Positions 30,001 to 38,829 of a stretch of 64,000 bases of DNA are shown here, in pieces; within the stretch, counting starts at the first letter, position 1; each line of letters opens with the position of its first letter. The translations under genes and the position numbers were made by a program. The DNA is from Polyangiales bacterium (GTDB taxonomy: Bacteria; Myxococcota_A; Polyangia; Polyangiales; Ga0077539), in the NCBI GenBank assembly GCA_044229975.1, contig JBGARZ010000009.1:347947-411946 (forward strand), written 5' to 3'. The notes beneath the pieces were generated by a model. The model had not been told where the DNA came from. It made no database searches and worked only from the letters and a program-made list of their open reading frames with translations.

Positions 30001-32488
30001 CGTCCGTGGTGATCGCCACCTCGCAGCCGTTGGCGGCGTTGCCGTCGCAGTCGGCGTGCGTCGCGTCGCAGGTGTACCCGCAGGTCGCGCCGCCGCAGGT
30101 CGCGGTGGCGTTGGCGGGCACGTCGCAGGCGGTCGCGCAGGCGCCGCAGTGGGCGAGGTCGGAGGTCAGCGAGACCTCGCAGCCGTTGGCCGGGTTGCCG
30201 TCGCAGTTCGCCCAGCCGGCGTCACACGCGCCGAGCGCGCAGACGCTGGCACCGCACACGCCCGTGGCATGCGCGTAGGTGCAGCGGGTGCCGCAGCCGC
30301 CGCAGTTGCTCGCGTCGTTGCCGAGCGCGATCTCGCAGCCGTTGGCCTGGGTGCCATCGCAGTCGGCATAGCCCATGTCGCAGACCGTGAAGCCGCACGA
30401 CCCTTCGGTGCACACCGGAGCGGCGTTGGCGAAGGAGCACGCGTTGCCGCACGCCCCGCAGTGGCCGCTGTCGGTCGCGGGCGTGGTCTCGCAGCCGTCG
30501 GAGAGGAGCCCGTTGCAGTCGGCGTGACCGGCCGAGCACACCGCCGTCGAGCAGGCGCCCGACTGGCAGGTGGTGGCGTTGGTGCAGACCGTTCCGCAGG
30601 CGCCGCAGTGCGAGCCGCTGGTGGTGGTGTCGACCTCGCAGCCGTTGCTCGCCACGCCGTCGCAGTTGGCGTAGCCCGCTTCGCAGGTGATGCCGCAGGT
30701 GCTCGCGCCGCAGGTCGGCGTCGAGTGCGGGCCCGAGGCGCAGGTCACGCCGCAGGCGCCGCACGAGGTGACCGACGAGAGGTCGGTCTCGCAGCCGGTG
30801 GCCGCGTCGCCGTCGCAGTTGGCGAAGCCGGTCGAGCAGGCCCCGACCGCGCACGCGCCCGCCGCGCACACCGCGGTGGCGTTGGAGAGCGAGCAGGCGC
30901 TGCCGCACGCACCGCAGTGGGCGGCGCTGGTGTCGAGCGCGACCTCGCAGCCATTGGCCGCGATGCCGTCGCAGTTGGCGTAGCCCTCGGCGCAGCTCCC
31001 GATGGCGCACGCGCCCGCCGCGCACACCGGCTCGGCGTTGGCGAGGGAGCAGGTGTTGCCGCACGCGCCGCAGTGGGCGGTGTCCGTGGCAGGAACGGTC
31101 TCGCAGCCGTTGGCCGCGCTGCCGTCGCAGTTGGCGAAGCCGGGGTTGCAGGTTCCGACCGCGCACGCTCCCGCCGCGCAGGCCGCGGTAGCGTTGGCGA
31201 CCGCGCACGCGTGCTGGCAGGCCCCGCAGTGCGCGGGGTCGCTGGCGAGCGAGACCTCGCAGCCGTCCGCGGCGGAGGTATTGCAGTTGGCCTGCTGGGC
31301 CGGGCACACGATGGAAGAGCAGGCGCCGCTCACGCAGGTGCTGGTGCTCCCCGCGCTGGAGGTGCAGACATTGCCCGGGGTGCCGCAGTTGGCGTTGGTG
31401 GTGACGTCGAGCTCGCAGCCGTCGGCGCGGTTGCCGTTGGCGTCGGCCCAGCCCGCCGCGCAGGTGAGCGCGCAGGTGCCGGTGCCGCAGGTCGGGGTCG
31501 AGTGCGCGCCAGAGGTGCACGAGACACCGCAGGCGCCGCAGTTGGTGAGGGTGCGGGTGGAGGTCTCACAGCCGTCCCTGGATCGCCCGTTGCAGTCGCC
31601 GTAGCCCGTCGCGCAGGTGGAGCGGTCGCAGCTGCCGGCGACACAACCCGCGTTGGCATGACCGATGGTGCAGGGCGTCCCGTCGGGCGCGACGGCGAAC
31701 GAGCACCGGCCCTCGCGGGGATCGCAGATGCCCGCGAGGCGACACTGGTCGTCGGGCTCCCGACAGGTGACACCGACGCACTCGCAGACGTCACCTACCC
31801 CGTTGCGGTTGGTGTCCCGCTGGTCGGCGTTGGCCACCGTCGGGCAGTTGTCCTGCCAGTCGAAGCGGCCGTCGCCGTCCTGGTCCACCGCGGGGCGGTC
31901 GATGCGAAACTTGATCTCGAGCGTGTCCCCGTTGAGCAGCGGCGCGAAGTTGACGGTGTCGACGGTGCGAAACTCGCGGGTCGTGCCGACCACGTCGACG
32001 TCCGCGAAGCCGAGCTCGCGGGTGCCGCCGTCGGCCGCCGGGACCATCACGCGCACCCGGTATCGGGCGTCGGTCGAGAGCCGCGCGCGGCGGGTGTCCC
32101 ACTCGACGAGGAAGTACCCGTCGGGGTCGTCGGCGCGGTCGTTGGGTCGGCGCGTGGTGATCGCCTCGACCCGTTGGTCCGACTTCCCGCGCGTGGTGAA
32201 GGTCGCCAGGGTGCGCAGCGTGGTGCCCGCGGCGTTGATCTCGTCGATGCGCACCGTGGGCTCGACCGAGGGGACGAAGTCGCCGAACTGCGCCGGCCGC
32301 GGGACCATCGGCGGCAGGAAGAGGAAGCCCGCCGTCCCGCCGTTGTGGAGCTGGTCGGAGATGACCGCCTGCGCGGCCCGGTGGGTGCCGTCGCCGCCGG
32401 GCGTGTCGGTGGAACTACACCCGACGGCGATCATCAGCGGCACACAGAGTGCTGCCAACGTGGGGCGTCTGGGTCTTCGATTGGGCAT
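27086..32488 (-). CDS. giant multidomain lipoprotein: TSP3 repeats, about 18 Cys-rich 40-aa repeats, cbEGF-like, LamG-like and C-terminal FGE-sulfatase (SUMF1-like) domain
   Basis: Start MPNRRPRRPTLAALCVPLMIAVGCSS with GGGAGAA RBS (ORF-track start 32506 is 6 codons upstream). TSP3 DQDGDGRFDWQDNCPTVANADQRDTNRNGVGD. Repeats of the form CGACG..C....C..GAC..G.C..G.ANCDG...NGCEV. CVDVNECATNNGNC (cbEGF-like). C-terminus contains RGGSW...GFRCAR (FGE-sulfatase fold). Confidence 0.8.
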   Translation of the reverse strand: MPNRRPRRPTLAALCVPLMIAVGCSSTDTPGGDGTHRAAQAVISDQLHNGGTAGFLFLPPMVPRPAQFGDFVPSVEPTVRIDEINAAGTTLRTLATFTTRGKSDQRVEAITTRRPNDRADDPDGYFLVEWDTRRARLSTDARYRVRVMVPAADGGTRELGFADVDVVGTTREFRTVDTVNFAPLLNGDTLEIKFRIDRPAVDQDGDGRFDWQDNCPTVANADQRDTNRNGVGDVCECVGVTCREPDDQCRLAGICDPREGRCSFAVAPDGTPCTIGHANAGCVAGSCDRSTCATGYGDCNGRSRDGCETSTRTLTNCGACGVSCTSGAHSTPTCGTGTCALTCAAGWADANGNRADGCELDVTTNANCGTPGNVCTSSAGSTSTCVSGACSSIVCPAQQANCNTSAADGCEVSLASDPAHCGACQHACAVANATAACAAGACAVGTCNPGFANCDGSAANGCETVPATDTAHCGACGNTCSLANAEPVCAAGACAIGSCAEGYANCDGIAANGCEVALDTSAAHCGACGSACSLSNATAVCAAGACAVGACSTGFANCDGDAATGCETDLSSVTSCGACGVTCASGPHSTPTCGASTCGITCEAGYANCDGVASNGCEVDTTTSGSHCGACGTVCTNATTCQSGACSTAVCSAGHADCNGLLSDGCETTPATDSGHCGACGNACSFANAAPVCTEGSCGFTVCDMGYADCDGTQANGCEIALGNDASNCGGCGTRCTYAHATGVCGASVCALGACDAGWANCDGNPANGCEVSLTSDLAHCGACATACDVPANATATCGGATCGYTCDATHADCDGNAANGCEVAITTDGANCGVCGNACTDGRTCVSGACSATTCTAGLANCDADESNGCEVSLGSSAAHCGSCQNACSFANAGAACAAGACVMGACAAGYANCDGNAANGCEVAITTDASNCGACGTACTTINGTAACSNGACGVGSCDANFADCDHLAGNGCEVSTATETGNCGACGVVCNDAPSATATCSAGVCGYACAPGQRDCDGNTTNGCEVDANADSANCGGCGVVCTQGRTCQAGSCTTAVCAGGLADCDNDGSNGCEVTLASNAAHCGGCGVACSYTNGTGSCTAGACALATCAPGYANCNASSTDGCEVNLGSSAANCGGCGNTCVVANGTAACFAGACAPAACNTGYTLAGGACVDVNECATNNGNCAANEVCTNTPGSRTCGCAAGYANCDGTAANGCEVNVTANTAHCGACGQACAAGQACTAGACGCAPTTAPAPIHRWTFNDGTGNDSIGNLHLTLYNGASVVGGRLGLDGITQYARTAAMPQTVTVRTLVAWVSPQNLTQRSGGVLAIDTPIAGDDLFDAIVFGEGTPRQWQSASYYALRSPGNNGGALETVAYPTSVMIAIAYAADNSIKIYRNGALYAAYTQGTMQAYGANVAQILLGVRHAVHVNGVGTAAGNDPFFAGDVDEARLYNTALSPCAIAALYAEGPTLCAPDQLSCAGTCVNAQTDRNNCGACGRVCGAIEACVAGVCGQRSCAVAGTPGCGLVAIVGGDTFTVGSNATSSFYGGTPEQPSIAVGSFAMDTYEVTVARFNAWWSVRSRDLATVRSAPIAYPGANTIAWGAAAVAPGAQSGSFNWSPASTTRDAHPMNAVSYWAAQEFCVWDGGRLPTEAEWEFAARGRTIPSEGLVSGRLFPWGNTPPSTSCDRALWRGCGGTDGGGTRRVGSYPTGVSGGLNDMAGNVYEWMADTFQSYRPSWSSNLNPLSNLSLTADRIVRGGSWGDSDPNGLLSVGRFTAPPAMNDNPYVGFRCARALP
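28726..31756. repeat. tandem ~120-nt coding repeats (Cys-rich 40-aa units) inside the giant gene
   Basis: Recurrent DNA units such as cgcagccgttggccgcg.tgccgtcgcagttggcgtagcc every ~120 nt; protein repeat ...ANCDG.A.NGCEV... about 18 times. Confidence 0.6.
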
Positions 32489-32666
32489 TGAGGTTCTCCC
32501 TGGCATTGGCCGACCGGGAGCTCACGACTTGTGGGCGTTTGGGCAGCCAACGGGACTCATCGCACGGCGACCATGCGCATCCCGATAGCAGCGTGGTTGC
32601 AGCGGCTCTTGGCCGCGGCGGAAGCGGCGAGGGAATGAGATCCCCCGCCGCTGCTTCAGGTGGGGT

Positions 32667-35600
32667 TCAGGGGCAGGTGAGCGCGGCGCAGGTCGACGGC
32701 GGGTCGGCCGGGCACGGGCCCTCGACCAGTTGAATCTGGTCGAAGTCCGCCGAGCTCCCGACCGGGCCCTGGAAGAGCTGGAACCGCAGGTACACATGCG
32801 TCCAGTCCGCGGGCATGACCATCTGCTTGGGGTACCAGCGCCACGTGTTGTCCGAGACCATCGGGGTGATGGTGCCGCCCAGGTAGTCGCTGTCGCCGCA
32901 ACCGCCGAGGCCCCAGAACTGCTCGTAGATCGACGCCTGACCCGCCGCGTTGGAGCGGTGGAAGCCGACGTAGGGGACGGCGCCGGGCGTTCCGCGCACC
33001 CACGACGAGAGGCAGTAGGTGCGCCCGCCGACCACCGGGGTCGGGACGTTGGTGAACACCCGACCGCCGCCCTGCGGAAGAAGCGCCGTCTCGTGGAAGT
33101 ACGTCCCCGCGCACTGCGGGCTCGCCGACGCGAGGGTCAGCGGACGCGCGTCGATGGAGTGCCAGGCCCCGGCGCCCGACTCCCAGTTCTCGGTGAAGGT
33201 GACGCTCGTGCACACCGGGCAGGCCGCGCCGGAGCAGCGCGTCGGCGGCGTGCAGATGGTGTTGACGCAGGCGCCCGCCGAGCACGCCTGATGGTAGGCG
33301 CACACGTTGCCGCACGCGCCGCAGTTGCTCGTGGTGGTGACGCTGGTGCACACGCCGCCGCAGCTCGCGAAGCCCGCGTTGCAGGCGCAGGTGCGGCTGC
33401 CCGGCGTGTTGGTGCAGGTCGAGTTCGTCCCGCAGCCGCCGTTGCTGGTGAGGCACTCGTTGACGTCGGCGCAGGTCACGCCGTTGCCCGTGTAGCCCGC
33501 GTTGCACGCGCAGGTGCGGCTGCCCGGGGTGTTGGTGCAGGTCGCGTTGGCGCTGCACCCGCCGTTGCCGGTCGCGCACTCGTTGACGTCGACGCAGGCG
33601 CCGCCCGCGAGGGCGTAGCCGGTGTTGCACGCCGCCGGGGCGCAGGCGCCCGCGAAGCAGGCGGCCGTCCCGTTGGCGACGACGCAGGCGTTGCCGCAGC
33701 CGCCGCAGTGCGCGGCCGTGCTCCCGAGGTCGACCTCGCAGCCGTCCGCGGAGCCCGCGTTGCAGTTGGCGTAACCCGCGTTGCAGCTCGCGAGCGCGCA
33801 GGAGCCCGCGGTGCACGACCCGGCGCCGTTGGCGTAGTTGCAGGCGACGCCGCAGCCGCCGCAGTGGGCGGCGTTGGCGTCGAGCGTCACCTCGCAGCCG
33901 TTGGCCGCAGCGTGATCGCAGTCGGCGAGGCCCGCGGTGCAGACCGCCGTGGTGCACGAGCCCGCCTGGCAGGTGCGGCCCTGGGTGCAGACCACCCCGC
34001 AGCCGCCGCAGTTGGCGCCGTCGGCGTTGGCGTCGACCTCGCAGCCGTTGGCCGCGCTGCCGTCGCAGTCGCGCTGCCCCGGGGCGCACGCGTAGCCGCA
34101 CACGCCCGCCGAGCAGGTGGCCGTCGCGGACGGAGCGTCGTTGCAGACGACCCCGCACGCGCCGCAGTTGCCGGTCTCGGTGGCGGTGGAGACCTCGCAG
34201 CCGTTGCCCGCGAGGTGATCGCAGGCAGCCGTTGCCCGCGAGGTGATCGCAGTCGGCGAAGTTCGCGTCGCACGAGCCGACGCCACACGCACCGTTGCTG
34301 CACGCCGCCGTGCCGTTGATGGTGGTGCAGGCAGTCCCGCACGCGCCGCAGTTGGAGGCGTCGGTGGTGATGGCCACCTCGCAGCCGTTGGCCGCGTTGC
34401 CGTCGCAGTTGGCGTAGCCCGCAGCGCACGCGCCCATCACGCACGCACCCGCCGCGCAGGCGGCGCCGGCGTTCGCAAAGGAGCAGGCGTTCTGGCAGGT
34501 TCCGCAGTGGGTGGCGTCGGCGTCGAGCGCGACCTCGCAGCCGTTGCTCTCGTCGGCGTCGCAGTTGGCGAGGCCCGCGGTGCAGGTCGTCGCCGAGCAG
34601 GCCCCGCTCGCGCAGGTGCGACCCTGGGTGCAGGCGTTGCCGCACGCGCCGCAGTTCGCGCCGTCGGTGGTGGTCGCGACCTCGCAGCCGTTGCTCGCGA
34701 GACCGTCGCAGTCGGCGTGGGTGGCGTCGCAGGTGTAGCCGCACGATCCGCCGCCGCAGGTCGCGGTGGCGTTGAACGGGACGTCGCACGCCGTCGCGCA
34801 GGCGCCGCAGTGGGCGAGGTCGGAGGTCAGCGAGACCTCGCAGCCGTCGGCCGGGTTGCCGTTGCAGTCGGCCCAGCCCGCATCACACGCGCCGAGCGCG
34901 CAGGCGCTGGCGCCGCACACGCCCGTCGCGTGGGCGTAGGTGCAGCGCGTGCCGCAGCCGCCGCAGTTGTCGGCGTCGTTGCCGAGCGCGATCTCGCAGC
35001 CGTTGGCGCGAACGCCGTCGCAGTCGGCGTACCCGACGTCGCACACCACGAAGCCGCAGACGCCCGCCGTGCACTGGGGCGCGGCGTTGGCGAAGGAGCA
35101 CGCGTTGCCGCACGCCCCGCAGTGGCCGCTGTCGCTGTCCGGCGTGGTCTCGCAGCCGTCGGCCGCGAGGCCGTTGCAGTCGGCGTGACCGGCCGCGCAC
35201 ACCGCCGTCGAGCAGGCGCCCGACTGGCAGGTGGTCGCGTTGGTGCAGACCGTCCCGCACGCGCCGCAGTTCGATGCGCTCGTGGTGGTGTCGACCTCAC
35301 AGCCGTTGGCCGCGTTGCCGTCGCAGTTGCTCCAGCCCGCTTCGCAGGTGAGGCCGCAGGCGCCCGCGCCGCAGGTCGGCGTCGAGTGGGGCCCCGACGC
35401 GCAGGTCACGCCGCAGCCGCCGCAGGAGGTGACCGCCGAGAGGTCGGTCTCGCAGCCGCTCGACGCGTTGCAGTCCGCGAAGCCCGGCGCGCAGGCGCCG
35501 ATGACGCACGCGCCCGCCGCGCAGACCGCCGAGGCGTGCGAGAGCGAGCAGACGTTGCCGCACGCGCCGCAGTGGGACGCGCTGCTGTCGAGCGCGACCT

Positions 35601-37146
35601 CGCAGCCGTTGGCCGCGCTGCCGTCGCAGTTGGCGTAGCCGGGCGCGCAGCTCCCGATGGCGCAAGCGCCCGCCGCGCAGACCGGCGAGGCGTTGGCAAA
35701 GGAGCACACGTTGCCGCAGGCGCCGCAGTGGGCGACGTCGGTGGCGGGCGTGGTCTCGCAGCCGTTGGAGGGATTGCCGTCGCAGTTGGCGTGGCCGGGA
35801 GCGCACGACCCGAGAGCGCACGCACCGGCCGCGCAGACCGCGCTGGCCTGAGCGTAGGAGCAGGCGTTGCCGCAGGCGCCGCAGTGGGCGACGTTGGAGG
35901 CGGGGTCGACCTCGCAGCCGTTGGCCTCGTTGCCGTCGCAGTTGGCGAGGCCGCCGGTGCAGACCGTGGCCGAGCACGCGCCCGCGATGCAGGTGCGACC
36001 CGCGGTGCAGGCGTTGCCTGCGGTTCCGCAGTTGGCGTTGGTGGTCACGTCGAGCTCACAGCCGTCGGCGCGGTTGCCGTTGGCGTTGGCCCAGCCGGGC
36101 GCGCAGGTGAGGGCGCAGGTACCGGTCGCGCAGGTGGGCGTCGAGTGGGCGCCCGCGGTGCACGCGACGTTGCAGCCGCCGCAGTGGGTGAGCGTGTTGG
36201 TGGCGACTTCGCAGCCGTCGGCCGCCGAGCCGTTGCAGTTGGCGCGGCCTGCGTCGCAGGTGGCGACGCCGCATGTGCCGTTGGTGCAGACCGCCGTCGC
36301 GTTGGCGAGCGAGCAGGCCGACCCGTTGGGCGCGTTGGGGTTGGAGCACAGGCCGGTGGCGGGGCTGCACACGCCCGCGGTGTGACAGGTCCCGCTGGTG
36401 GTGCAGGTGACGCCGAGGCACTCACAGGCGTCGCCCTGGCCGTCGTGGTTGGTGTCGAGCTGGTTGGCGTTGGCCACCGTGGGGCAGTTGTCCTGCCAGT
36501 CGAGGTCGCCGTCGCCGTCGCGGTCCACCGCGGGTCGGTCGATGCGGAACTTGATGCGCAGCACGCGCCCGTTGATGAGCGGGGAGAAGTTCACCGTGTC
36601 GACGCTGCGGAATTCCTGCTGGTTGCGGACGACGTCCACGTCCGCGAAGCCGAGCTCGCGGGTGCCGCCGCCGACCGCCGGGACGAGCACGCGCACGCGG
36701 TAGCGGGCGGTGGGCGAGAGGCACTCGTTGTTGGTCTTCCAGCGCGCGAGGAAGTAGCCCTCCGGGTCGGTGTCGCCGTCGTCGTCGTCCCAGTCGCAGG
36801 GGGAGCCCTGGTAGTGGATGCGGAGGCGCTCGTTGCCGGGGCCGCTGTTGGCGGTGAAGGTCGCGAGCGTGCGGATGGTGACACCCGCAGCGTTGACCTC
36901 GTCGATGCGAACGGTGGGGTTCACCGTCGGCAGGAAATCGCCGAACTGCGCCGGTCGCGGGACCATCGGCGGCAGGAAGAGGAAGCCCGACGTCCCACCG
37001 TTGTGGAGCTGGTCGGAGATGACCGCCTGCGCGGCGCGATGGGTCCCGTCGCCGCCGGGTGTGTCGGTGGAACTACACCCGACGGCGAGGAGGAGCGGCA
37101 CACAGATGGCCGCGAGCGTGGGTCGCCTGAGTCGTCGACTGGACAT
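32667..37146 (-). pseudogene. paralog of the giant lipoprotein, disrupted by a +28-nt frameshift (or assembly artifact); C-terminal cbEGF x2 and galactose-binding-like domain instead of an FGE domain
   Basis: N-terminal frame (ORF 32656-37224, start MSSRRLRRPTLAAICVPLLLAVGCSS at 37146 with GGGAG RBS) runs into Arg-rich out-of-frame sequence after about 34225. The correct C-terminal frame is ORF 32667-34292. The shift coincides with a 28-nt tandem duplication absent from the paralog. Confidence 0.7.
34197..34252. repeat. 28-bp perfect tandem duplication (gcagccgttgcccgcgaggtgatcgcag x2) causing a frameshift
   Basis: Directly visible. The paralogous site 29564-29591 in the intact gene has a single copy; flanks are identical. 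Confidence 0.9.
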
Positions 37147-37273
37147 GGAGTCTCCCTCGTGTGGTCGCGGAGAGACCCACGGAGTGTGAGCGCCCCAGTG
37201 ACCAACGGGAGCCATGCCAGACAACCGTCCAGAGACCGATGGCAGGTCGGTGGCGACGCGCGCCGCAGCGCGT

Positions 37274-37753
37274 TCAGACGCCCGTCGGGATTGTCAGCCC
37301 GTGCTCCGTCGCAAACCGCCGCGCCCCATCGGCGTCCTTGCGCAGCTTCCCCGCCCACAGCTCGCGCTCGGGGCACACCGGCACGCCGTCGATCCAGCGC
37401 GCGTCACGCACCAGCGCGCCGACGTCGAAGTCCGCCTCCTCGAAGGTCGCGTCCACCTGCAACCCGTCGCACACCGCGCGCACGTACCACCGCCCCTCGA
37501 GCGAGCGCTCCGTCCACCGCGCGTCCCAGGGCTCACCCCAGCAGGTCACCGCGCCTCCCCGGCTCTCGGCCCACGCCACGAAGCCCCGCAGCGCGCCCTC
37601 CGCCAGCAGCACGTCGCTGTCCGTCAACGCGTACGCCTCGCGCAGTCGCGGGTGCGCCAGCAGCAGCCCCGCGCTCCCGATGGTGACGAAGCCGACGCCC
37701 GCCTCCGCGAGCGATCGCAGCAGCGCGAAGTGGCGCTCGTTGTCCGCGCTCAC
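37274..37753 (-). CDS. nucleotidyltransferase-fold-like small protein (GS...DxD motif)
   Basis: GTG start at 37753 overlapping the upstream stop (GTGA). 159 aa with IGSAGLLLAHPRLREAYALTDSDVLL resembling the pol-beta-type NTase / ANT(2'')-like motif; the N-terminal part of ORF 37274-38383 is shadow. Confidence 0.35.
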   Translation of the reverse strand: MSADNERHFALLRSLAEAGVGFVTIGSAGLLLAHPRLREAYALTDSDVLLAEGALRGFVAWAESRGGAVTCWGEPWDARWTERSLEGRWYVRAVCDGLQVDATFEEADFDVGALVRDARWIDGVPVCPERELWAGKLRKDADGARRFATEHGLTIPTGV

Positions 37754-38829
37754 GGCTCGAAATAGTTGCCCACGACCTTCGCGTTGGGAACCCAGTCCCC
37801 ACACAGGTCGCCGCTCGAATGGAACACCAGCTTCTGCAACACCCCGCCCCTCACCTCGTCGTGGTGCGCCACGTAGCTCGACCCCTCCAGCACCACCTCC
37901 ATCACACCCCGCCGATAGACCTCGTTGTAGTAGTAGTAACCCGACGTCACGCCCACGAGGCTCCACCCCTCGCGCGCCGTCCCCTCCTCGCTCAACACCG
38001 CGTCCATCAGCGCGCGGGCCGACACCCGATGGCGGGCGATCCAGCGCGTCTCGCGGTTGTCCCGGTAGATGTCCCCGAGCTCGCTCAGCGCGCGAAACAC
38101 CACGCGCCGCACGCCCAGCGCCTCGGCGCCGTCGAGGTACGCCTCGACCTCCTCCACCGTCGACACGCCCTGCCCGTTGAGAACGCACACCAGCATCACC
38201 TCGACGCCCGCCGCGAGCACCCGCCGCACCGTCTCGTCGAAGGCCGCTCCACCGCGAATCGCCACGTCGCGATCGAAGCGCATCACCCGCTCGTTGATGC
38301 GCTCGTCGAGGTGGCAGCGCGACAGCTCCACCCGGTCGAAGCGCGCCCGCGCGAGGTCGGCCGCGAGCCCCGCATCGGCGCACAGCCCGCTGCCGTTGGT
38401 GTACAGCACCCTCGCCGGAAACAGCGCCCCGTGCTCACCCACCAGCGTGAGCAATCGACGCAGCCACGAGGGGTCGGAGGTCGCTTCGAGGCCGCTCAGG
38501 CTCAGGCCCATCTCGAAGCCAGCGAGCTCGCGCCACGCGCGGTCGAGCCCGGCGAAGTAGCGGTCGTGGTCGTCGATGGTGCGCTTCGCGGTGAGGCGCT
38601 CGGCGTCGAGGCGCATGAGCTCCTCGGAGCAGAACGAGCAGTGCGCGTTGCACGGCGTCGGGTTGGCGTAGGGCGTAAACGTCAGCCCCGGCCGCAGCAG
38701 AAAGGGCCTTCCCCGCAGCACACGCTCGACGGGCTCCTTCGGCTCGAAGGTGCGCCAGCGGCCGTCGCGAAACTCCCCCGGGCTCGTCACCGTCGCGGCG
38801 TGGCGAAACTGGTTGGGCCGGAAGCTCAT
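37750..38829 (-). CDS. viperin-like radical SAM enzyme
   Basis: 359 aa from MSFRPNQF. CNAHCSFC (viperin CNYKCGFC). SLSGLEAT (GGE motif). VLYTNGSGL (viperin SIVSNGSLI). LSRCHLDERIN (ISCDSFDEEVN). LVCVLNG (KINSVIN). VRRVVFRA (PVRWKVFQ). Motif spacing matches human viperin to within a few residues, with +10 aa between the CxxxCxxC and GGE motifs. No SPASM Cys cluster. ATG overlaps the upstream stop (ATGA). Confidence 0.6.
   Translation of the reverse strand: MSFRPNQFRHAATVTSPGEFRDGRWRTFEPKEPVERVLRGRPFLLRPGLTFTPYANPTPCNAHCSFCSEELMRLDAERLTAKRTIDDHDRYFAGLDRAWRELAGFEMGLSLSGLEATSDPSWLRRLLTLVGEHGALFPARVLYTNGSGLCADAGLAADLARARFDRVELSRCHLDERINERVMRFDRDVAIRGGAAFDETVRRVLAAGVEVMLVCVLNGQGVSTVEEVEAYLDGAEALGVRRVVFRALSELGDIYRDNRETRWIARHRVSARALMDAVLSEEGTAREGWSLVGVTSGYYYYNEVYRRGVMEVVLEGSSYVAHHDEVRGGVLQKLVFHSSGDLCGDWVPNAKVVGNYFEP

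Noticed and set aside
29582-32491. 969-aa + strand ORF, and the similar 1147-aa ORF at 34243-37686
   Set aside because: Ala/Gly/Arg-rich mirror frames of the Cys-rich repeat genes on the opposite strand; open only because of GC and repeat structure.
32656-37224. Single intact 1522-aa CDS as listed in the track
   Set aside because: Only the first ~970 codons match the paralog; after the 28-bp duplication the translation becomes Arg-rich nonsense while the real C-terminus is in ORF 32667-34292. Called a frameshifted pseudogene instead.
37750-38829. Radical SAM enzyme as anaerobic sulfatase-maturating enzyme partnering the FGE-domain protein
   Set aside because: No SPASM or twitch C-terminal Cys cluster; motif set matches viperin instead.
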